From contig CAWJGT010000003.1 in NCBI GenBank assembly GCA_963842525.1, forward strand, positions 928,001 through 992,000: DNA of 64,000 nucleotides, in the 5' to 3' direction. This stretch comes from an uncultured Holophagales bacterium. Its GTDB lineage: Bacteria > Acidobacteriota > Thermoanaerobaculia > Multivoradales > UBA5704. Positions 57,055 to 64,000 of this stretch are shown one piece after another. A model generated the notes under the pieces. The model was not told where the DNA came from. It did no database searches and was given only the letters and a program-made list of their open reading frames with translations. A program made the position numbers and the translations under genes. Each line of letters opens with the position of its first letter. Positions within the stretch are counted from its first letter, which is position 1.

Positions 57055-59136
57055 TCAGTAGCTGACCTTCAGTTGATAGGTCGTCCGGGTCGACGAGAAG
57101 CGGTAGACGCGGACGTAGACGTTGATCGCCGAGCCGCCCGTGTTGGTCCAGGACGCCTGGTCCGGGGTCGTGCCGCCGTTCAACGAGCTCGCCACCGCGC
57201 CGCCGCCGGTCGAGTTGTAGATATAGAGGTCGTAGTCCACCGTCAGGCCGTTGAGCAGCCCCGTCACCGTGGCGCCCGCCGGCAGGCTCAGACGGAAGTA
57301 GTCGTTCTGCTGATTCGTCGAGTCGTTGAGGAACGTCCCGGAGATCTGGTTGCAGGCCCCCGAGATCACCTGCGCCCCGTTGCGGCTGTTGTTCGGCTCC
57401 ACGTCCGAGATGTTGTTGCAGATCGGGCAGGCCTGCGTCGTCGCCTGCGCCTGCGCCGAGTTGGCGGAGCTGCAGGTGCCGTTCGACGACTGCACCACGT
57501 AGTAATAGGTCGTGTTGCAGGTGAGGCCCGTGTTCGAGAAGGACGTCGTGGCCGAGCTCCCAGCCGTCGCGTACGGTCCGCCGCTGGTGGTCGAACGCAG
57601 GACCGGATACGAGCTGGCGCCGGAGACAGCGCTCCAGTTGACGTTGATCTGGGTCGGCGACGCGGCGGTCGCGCTCACCCCGGTCGGCACCGCGGGCGGC
57701 GTGCAGGGGCCGGTGAAGACGTCGATCCCGCTGATGGCCGTGGCCCCGGTGTTCCCCGCGTCGAGCCAGTTCGAGAGGCGGGTGCTGTTCGTGCCGCCGC
57801 CGGTCCAGGAGACGCTGAAGCGCCCGTAATAATCGGAAAGATTGTTGCCCGTGGCGCCGCAGGCGGACGGTCCGCCGTGGAGCTGGCCGACGAAGCGGCC
57901 GGCGCTGTTGTAGAGCGGCGAGCCGGACGAGCCGGGCTCGGTCACACCCGGCACGGTGAAGGGGCCCGGAGGGTCGGTCGCCCATTTGGCCCACAGGTGG
58001 GTGCCGTTGCCCGGCGAGGTCGTGCCGCTGTAGCTCGTGCTCACCATGTCGGTGATGACGTAGGTGATCCGCTTCTCGTCGGTCGACGGATGGTGGATCG
58101 AGGAGCAGGGAGCCGCGGCGGTGCACGTGTGGTTGCCTGTGGAACGGTCCCAGCCCGCCCAGTGATGGTTGTAGGCCGTGACCGGTGGATCGTCGAGCTC
58201 GACCAGCGTGAAGTCCGAGGGGGAGCTGGCGGCACGGAAGAAGGAGCCGGTATGGAACTGGGTGAGCGAGCCGTCGCCGTTCGCCCCGCTGGCGGCGCTG
58301 CCGGGCGTCCGGCAGAAGGAGTTCTGATAGTTCCAGTAGGCCACCAGCGAGGCCGCATTCCCCGAGGTGATCCCGCAATGGTTCGCCGTCATGAAGTACA
58401 TTTTGCGGTCGTTGGCGGTGTCGTTGACGAGCGAGCCGGTGCAGAACGTGGAGCCGCCGGTCGAGATGACGCCGACCGCCCGCATCTCGTCGCGCCAGGT
58501 GTCGCCGGTGCCCAGGCACTCGACGTCCATGTTGCAGCTTCCGGACTTGTTGTAGGACTCGGCGGAGATCGTGCCGAAGCCGCGGTAGCCCTGGTTGACC
58601 CAGCCGAGCTTGAGGTCGACCGCCTGCCTCTCCCGCTTCGGCACGGTGAGCTCCACGATCAGGTCGTTGGTGGTGATGACCGGCGTCCACAGCTCGCCAT
58701 GCGCTTCGTTGTCCGCGGCGGTGAACGGCCGTGAGACCTGGGTGCCGTCCGTCGAATACAGCAGCAGGCGGCCGCGCGGCGACATCTTGAAGCGGGTGAA
58801 GCCGAGGTTCAGGGACGTCGTGCCTTCGCGGCCGACGACGCGCAGCCGCCAGAGCATCTGGCCGTTGCCGAGGTTCTCCCAGGTGCCGTTCTTGGCGGGG
58901 GTGATCGACACCCGCTGCGGAATGGCGAAGCGCGGCGGCAGGCCCAATCCGTCCCGTGCCGCGTCCTCTTCCCCGATCCGCGCCAGGTCCAACTGTACGG
59001 CGGCGAAGGCGTCCACGCTGTTGACGTTCGTCACGGCATACCTGGAGGCTGTGGGAACAACGGCCTCGGGAGCGGCATGGGCCACACTGCCGAGGGCGAG
59101 GGTGAGCAACATCAGCCAAGCAACCTTACGGCTCAT
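57055..59136 (-). CDS. Secreted lysyl-endopeptidase-like S1 protease paralog with FN3 and one PPC-like domain
   Basis: Same triad motifs. Near-identical to the adjacent gene. Confidence 0.88.
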   Translation of the reverse strand: MSRKVAWLMLLTLALGSVAHAAPEAVVPTASRYAVTNVNSVDAFAAVQLDLARIGEEDAARDGLGLPPRFAIPQRVSITPAKNGTWENLGNGQMLWRLRVVGREGTTSLNLGFTRFKMSPRGRLLLYSTDGTQVSRPFTAADNEAHGELWTPVITTNDLIVELTVPKRERQAVDLKLGWVNQGYRGFGTISAESYNKSGSCNMDVECLGTGDTWRDEMRAVGVISTGGSTFCTGSLVNDTANDRKMYFMTANHCGITSGNAASLVAYWNYQNSFCRTPGSAASGANGDGSLTQFHTGSFFRAASSPSDFTLVELDDPPVTAYNHHWAGWDRSTGNHTCTAAAPCSSIHHPSTDEKRITYVITDMVSTSYSGTTSPGNGTHLWAKWATDPPGPFTVPGVTEPGSSGSPLYNSAGRFVGQLHGGPSACGATGNNLSDYYGRFSVSWTGGGTNSTRLSNWLDAGNTGATAISGIDVFTGPCTPPAVPTGVSATAASPTQINVNWSAVSGASSYPVLRSTTSGGPYATAGSSATTSFSNTGLTCNTTYYYVVQSSNGTCSSANSAQAQATTQACPICNNISDVEPNNSRNGAQVISGACNQISGTFLNDSTNQQNDYFRLSLPAGATVTGLLNGLTVDYDLYIYNSTGGGAVASSLNGGTTPDQASWTNTGGSAINVYVRVYRFSSTRTTYQLKVSY

Positions 59137-59540
59137 CTCCAGTTTCCTCCGATCTCCTGAAATGCGGTCACGGCTGCCTTGCCGCGAGCCAGAAACGAGG
59201 GTGAATCCAACACTACTCCAGTAATGGTGCGCGCCGAGGGCTTTCAGGAGCCGGGGAGAGGCGGGAAGCTCGTCGTACAATCAGGCCAGATGCGGAAAGT
59301 TGCCTGCGACGACGTCAAGCTTCTCGACACGGCGGCCGTGATCCTCACCCCCTGTCCCCCTCTCCCATCGCCCCGCCACCGACCGGGAGAGGGGGAACGT
59401 AGATGGAGCTTGGAGGCGAGGTCGAGGATCTCTCGAAAAAAAGAGCCTGTGAGAAGAAACTGCCAACTACTCCCTCAGAGCACCAACCACGTCCCCCCTC
59501 TCCCGGCCGGTGGGGGGGCGATGGGAGAGGGGGACAGGGG

Positions 59541-59957
59541 GTGAGGCGCCGCCGTTTCCACCGCGCCGCCTTTGCGCTGGCCGGCGTCTACAACATCGCC
59601 TGGGGGCTTTTCTCGGTCGCGGACCCGCAATGGCTGTTCCGCTGCGCGGGGATGCCCCCGGCCAACTACCCCGAGATCTTCGCCTGCCTCGCCATGGTGG
59701 TGGGGCTCTACGGCATCCTCTATCTGGAGATCGCCCGCCGGCCGGAGCGGGGATGGCTGCTGGCGGCGGTGGGGCTGGCGGGCAAGGTGCTGGGGCCGAT
59801 CGGCCTCGCCGTGCTGCTCGTGCGCGGGGCCTGGCCACCCGCCACGCTCGTCCTCTGCCTGACCAACGACCTCATCTGGTGGATCCCGTTCGGGCTCTAC
59901 CTGGTGGACGCCTGGCCGGCCTTCCGGACGGACCTCAGCTCTCCGCCTCGACCGTAA
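59541..59957 (+). CDS. Four-TM membrane protein
   Basis: AGVYNIAWG, MVVGLYG, GKVLGPIG, NDLIWWIPF. Start uncertain. Confidence 0.65.
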   Translation: MRRRRFHRAAFALAGVYNIAWGLFSVADPQWLFRCAGMPPANYPEIFACLAMVVGLYGILYLEIARRPERGWLLAAVGLAGKVLGPIGLAVLLVRGAWPPATLVLCLTNDLIWWIPFGLYLVDAWPAFRTDLSSPPRP

Positions 59958-60056
59958 CCGCTATCCGGCCGCGATGTCCGGCACGGAGGCTCCAACCGCG
60001 TCCCCCCTCTCCCGGTTGGGGGGAGTGCGATGGGAGAGGGGGCCAGGGGGTGAGGT

Positions 60057-60323
60057 CTACTGCATGTCCGCGAGCTCGCGCCGCATCCGGTCGAGCTCGT
60101 TCATGGCGTCGATCTTCTCCTGCTCGGTGCCCTGCATGTTGCGGATTTCCTCCTCCTTGCGGGCGATCTCGGCGGCCTTCTCCTCCATCTTGCGAGTCTT
60201 GTCCGCTTCGGCCGAGGACGAGGCGGTGCCGCCCGGGGGCTGCGAGCTCGGCATCTGGCAGCCTGTCGCGCTCAGGAACGAGAAGAGGAGCGAGAGGACC
60301 AGCCACGGCAACAGACGACGCAT
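60057..60323 (-). CDS. Small lipoprotein
   Basis: Signal peptide with ATGC lipobox, followed by a coiled coil. Confidence 0.6.
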   Translation of the reverse strand: MRRLLPWLVLSLLFSFLSATGCQMPSSQPPGGTASSSAEADKTRKMEEKAAEIARKEEEIRNMQGTEQEKIDAMNELDRMRRELADMQ

Positions 60324-60349
60324 GCGGCTTCCTTGCATGGGAACCTCCC

Positions 60350-60814
60350 TTACCATAGCCGGCCAAACCAGCGGCTCAGCGCGTCGTTCTTGAAGATCGG
60401 CTTGTGGGCATGGCTGTGGAAGTTGATCCCCATGTTGATACCGCCGGACCAGCCGAGCCACATCCCGGCCCCCAGCGCAAAGCCGAGCTTTTGCCCGGGC
60501 GTCACAAAGCCGGTGACCTCCGGATGGAGCCAGAGCCAGAACGCGGAGCCGATAGCGGCGAAGTGCAGGCCGCAGAACAGCAAGCCGTGCACGTCCTCCG
60601 GATGGGAGAGCCAGCGTCCGAGCCAGGCCGGAGCGGTCACCAGGTCCGGCGGGCTCGGCCCGGTCCAGCGCTCGACATAAGTTACGAGATGCAGCATCAC
60701 CACCGCCAGCGGCAGCGACAGCCAGGGCCCCCAGAGGAGCGAGCCCCAGATCCCGGCCAGCGCCAGCAGCACATAGAGCGAGCGCAGGACGGCGTACCCC
60801 AGAAATCCGACCAT
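60350..60814 (-). pseudogene. Truncated membrane fatty-acid desaturase-like gene
   Basis: TM helices then HSHAHKPIFK (first His box). Stops ~12 codons later. Confidence 0.45.
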
Positions 60815-61162
60815 GCAGGGCCTCCTGCGCCAATGATGCCACAGGTAAACCTCACCCCCTGTCCCCCTCTCCCATCGCCCCCCCACCGACCGGGAGAGGG
60901 GGGGACGTAGAGGAGGTTCCAGGGGTGAAGCCGAAGCTCTGACTCCACAGAGACTCTGTTGGAAGACGGTTTTGCACAGAGCGTAGAGAGCTCCGCCTGG
61001 GTCCCCCCTCTCCCGGTGGAAGGGGGGGCGATGGGAGAGGGGGACAGGGGGTGAGGTTTTTCCGGCCGCCGTGGAGGCCATGCTAACGACCATGGACATC
61101 CCGGCCCCGACTCCTTTACAGTCAGGCTAAATCACGGTTCTCGACCCGGAAGGGGACGGACG

Positions 61163-62416
61163 ATGAGCGATCTCTCCCATACGGCAACCGCGGCAACCTC
61201 CGAAACCACCCCCGGCGATCCCTCGCTCGTCCAGGAGCTGCGGCAGCGCCATGCGAAGCTGAGCGCCCAGGACGGCCGGGCTCGACCCTTCGAGCTGCGT
61301 CTGCCGGACCGCACGGAGTATTTGATTGGTGGCGCGATCGATGGGGGAGGCGAGCCCGCCTTCACCGTCCAGGTCATTACCGAGAAGGGCCTCGCCGCCA
61401 TGGCGGCCTTCGACGAGCTGGCGGTGGCCGAGGCCTACATGGACGGCGACCTCGACATCGAGGGCGACCTGCTGACGGTGCTCAAGCTCCGGCCCGTCTT
61501 CGGCGACCCCCACCCGTTCAAGTACCTCTTCGCGACATACGTCGAGCCCCTCCTCCTCGGCCAGGTCGGGCGCGACAAGAAGTGGATCAAGAGCCACTAC
61601 GACGTCGACCCCAACTTCTTCCTCCTCTGGCTCGACGGCAAGCTGCGCGCCTACTCGCACGGCTTCTTCGAGGACGACGGCGAATCGCTGGAGGCCGGGA
61701 TGGTGCGCAAGTTCCAGTACGCGTTCGACGCCTGCGGCATCAAGCCCGGCCAGCGTGTGCTCGACATCGGCGGCGGTTGGGGGTCGTTCCTGCAGTTCGC
61801 CGGCGAGCAGGGCGTGCACGTGACCTCGATCACCATCTCCGACGAGTCCGAGAAGACCATGCAGGACCTGATCCGTCGCCGCGGCCTGACCTCGTGCGAG
61901 GTGGTCAAGGAGCACTTCCTCGAATTCCGGCCCGCCAAGCCCTTCGATGCCATCGTCAACCTCGGGGTCACCGAGCACCTCCCGGACTATCGCCGCACCC
62001 TGGCGCAATACGAGCGTCTCCTGAAGCCGGGCCGCCGGGTCTACCTCGACGCCTACTCGGGCCGGAAGCACGGCATGCCCTCGTTCATCTCCAAGTGGGT
62101 GTTCCAGGGCAACACCTCGCCGCTCTGCCTGGAGAAGTACCTCGCCGAGGTGGCGCGCACCTCCTTCGAAGTGGTGGTGATCAAGAACGACCGGCACAAC
62201 TACTTCCTGAGCTGCAAGAAATGGGCGGAGAACCTGGAAGCGAAGCGCGACGAGGTCATCGCGCGCTGGGGCAAGCACCTCTACCGCCGATTCGTCCTCT
62301 ATCTGTGGTCGGCGGCCAACTCTTTCGAGAACGGCACCCTGAGCGCGCACCACATGATCCTGCAACTGCCGTCGCAGGGGAGCGCTCCGCGAGCAGGCCT
62401 GGAGTCCTGGTCGTGA
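61163..62416 (+). CDS. Cyclopropane-fatty-acid synthase-like SAM methyltransferase
   Basis: AEAYMDGD, IKSHYD, AYSHGFF, VLDIGGGWG, FDAIVNLGVTEH. Confidence 0.85.
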   Translation: MSDLSHTATAATSETTPGDPSLVQELRQRHAKLSAQDGRARPFELRLPDRTEYLIGGAIDGGGEPAFTVQVITEKGLAAMAAFDELAVAEAYMDGDLDIEGDLLTVLKLRPVFGDPHPFKYLFATYVEPLLLGQVGRDKKWIKSHYDVDPNFFLLWLDGKLRAYSHGFFEDDGESLEAGMVRKFQYAFDACGIKPGQRVLDIGGGWGSFLQFAGEQGVHVTSITISDESEKTMQDLIRRRGLTSCEVVKEHFLEFRPAKPFDAIVNLGVTEHLPDYRRTLAQYERLLKPGRRVYLDAYSGRKHGMPSFISKWVFQGNTSPLCLEKYLAEVARTSFEVVVIKNDRHNYFLSCKKWAENLEAKRDEVIARWGKHLYRRFVLYLWSAANSFENGTLSAHHMILQLPSQGSAPRAGLESWS

Positions 62417-63198
62417 GGGAGGCCGCGAGCCAGGCCCCGGTGATCCTCAAAGGACCCGAGGCCTTCGCGGTGGCGCCCTACACGCCGAGCGAGATCCGCT
62501 TCCACGTCATCGGCGGCGTGCTCAACGGCACAATCGCGCTGAGCGGGCTCGTCTGGGTGCTTACTACCTGGGGGAAGAATGCGCCGGCCTGGCCCTGGGT
62601 CCTCCTCGCGGTCTTCGCCGGCATCTACACCGCCGACCTCGTCTCCGGCCTGCTGCATTGGGCATTCGACACCTGGTTCGACGAGGACATCACCTTGCTC
62701 CGCCGCATGGTGCTGCAAGTCCGCGAGCACCACGTCTATCCCAACCGGATCTTCCACATCAGCTTTCTCCATGACGCTGGCACACTTTCCTGGATCGCGC
62801 TGATCCTGACCGCTCCGCCCATCCTCTGGGCGATTCTTTCCGGCGCCGGGCCGGCCGCTGCCTACATGATCCTGGGAGTAGTGATTTTCGACATCCTCCT
62901 GGTCAGCATGCTCGCCTTCCACAAATGCGGGCACCGCGCCCGCCAACCGCGCTGGATCCGCCTGCTGCAGAAGAGCGGTCTCCTGCTCTCGACGCACCAC
63001 CACAGCCAGCATCACCTGGGAAACCACGACTTCAACTATTGCATCATCAACGGCTGGGCCGACCGCACCCTGGGCCGCCTCGGCCTCTTCCGCGCCCTCG
63101 AATGGGTGATCGCCCGCTGGAGCGGCGCCCATCCGCAGCGCAACGATCACGAATGGTTGCGCCGATTCGGACGCAAGATCGTTGGGCGCAAGGCATGA
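62413..63198 (+). CDS. CarF/TMEM189-family lipid desaturase
   Basis: ADLVSGLLHWAFDTW, REHHVYP, HKCGH, HSQHH, YCIINGW. Confidence 0.85.
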   Translation: MREAASQAPVILKGPEAFAVAPYTPSEIRFHVIGGVLNGTIALSGLVWVLTTWGKNAPAWPWVLLAVFAGIYTADLVSGLLHWAFDTWFDEDITLLRRMVLQVREHHVYPNRIFHISFLHDAGTLSWIALILTAPPILWAILSGAGPAAAYMILGVVIFDILLVSMLAFHKCGHRARQPRWIRLLQKSGLLLSTHHHSQHHLGNHDFNYCIINGWADRTLGRLGLFRALEWVIARWSGAHPQRNDHEWLRRFGRKIVGRKA

Positions 63199-63617
63199 GC
63201 CAATTATCAAAGTACGTGGAGAAGTGGCTCGCGGGCGACCTGGAGCTGGCGCCGATCACCGCCCTTCTAGGAGTGCGCCCTGTCTCGCTCGGCGAAGGCG
63301 AAGCGAAAATTGAGCTGACCGCCAGCGAGCGCCTCCACAACGCCATGCGCACCGTCCACGGCGGCATCTTCTGCGACCTCGCCGACGTGGCCATGGGAGC
63401 CGCCCTCGCCACCGTCACCGCCGAAGGCGAATCCTTCTCGACGCTCCAGCTTCAGATGAGCTACTTCCTGCCCGTCGTGGAAGGCCGGCTCACCGCCCAC
63501 GCCCGCGTGATCCGCCGCGGCCGAGCTATCGCCCACCTCGAATGCGATCTCGAAGATGGCGAGAGCCGGCTGGTGGCCCGGGCGACGTCGGTGTGTGCGA
63601 TTCGGCAGGCGGGATGA
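63195..63617 (+). CDS. PaaI-family thioesterase
   Basis: HNAMRTVHGGIFCDLADVAMG. ATGA overlap with the previous gene. Confidence 0.88.
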   Translation: MSQLSKYVEKWLAGDLELAPITALLGVRPVSLGEGEAKIELTASERLHNAMRTVHGGIFCDLADVAMGAALATVTAEGESFSTLQLQMSYFLPVVEGRLTAHARVIRRGRAIAHLECDLEDGESRLVARATSVCAIRQAG

Positions 63618-64000
63618 CTTGGCCGCACAAAGCTTGCCGGCCTTATGGCGAGCATCTATTGCTCCATTGGCCATCCTTCCAAGGAGTTTGAGATAGTCAA
63701 GAGCACCGCGGCGCGGATACTTCGACACACGCTTACGGACTTGGTTAGATTTGTTGATCGAGTGTTGGAGTATAATGCGTGCCGGATCGTTTTAAAGCGC
63801 GTCTTTCGCTAAGGTTGGACACGGTGGGCGGCACGGATTGTTTTGATATGCGAAGTGTAGTAGCACTTCGGCTGCTTGCGTTGAGCCCAGCAGCAAAGGT
63901 AGTGGGTGAGCGAGAAGAAGTCTGAGCTGCTAAACTCGGGAATTTCTGAGTTCGACAAGCAGATGGTTCTTCGACTCATCGGGTGAACGCAGCACCCGCC

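Larger units (their letters stand above)
59343..61056. repeat. Five copies of a CCTCACCCCC...GGGAGAGGGG REP family
   Basis: Copies at ~59343-59398 and 59491-59546 (inverted pair), 60001-60055 (solo), 60850-60906 and 61001-61056 (inverted pair). Confidence 0.85.

Noticed and set aside
63620-64000. Gene in the low-GC terminal stretch
   Set aside because: No convincing ORF. It may be the edge of a foreign region continuing beyond the window.

Overview
High-GC bacterial chromosomal window. Gene content and style suggest Acidobacteriota, probably Thermoanaerobaculia (inference, not proven). Most of it is housekeeping: rnr, der, thrC, speB, cobB, radC, larC, hslO, metG, tatD, the rimP-nusA-infB-DUF503-rbfA-DHH-truB-rpsO-pnp cluster, degP, an NtrX-like regulator, pyrE and tRNA-Leu(CAG). 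The main accessory feature is a diversity-generating retroelement (DGR) at about 28050-33945. Its target gene encodes TIR + NACHT/STAND NTPase + an FGE-sulfatase (CLec-fold) domain, i.e. an NLR-like protein. The C-terminal variable region (31151-31295) differs from a 145-bp template repeat (32646-32790) at 16 positions, 15 of which are template adenines. The cassette also carries avd, a DGR-type reverse transcriptase (YVDD) and an unusual HTH + four-helix-bundle gene translationally coupled to avd. Other points: a CFA-methyltransferase/CarF-desaturase/thioesterase operon, a secreted 6-Cys peptide, a MazF module between direct repeats, two palindrome-rich tandem arrays (42 and 62 bp), several REP families, tandem lysyl-endopeptidase-like paralogs and several broken toxin-antitoxin modules. 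Seven small frameshifts, one of them in essential infB, suggest assembly indel errors. All counts and alignments were done by eye.
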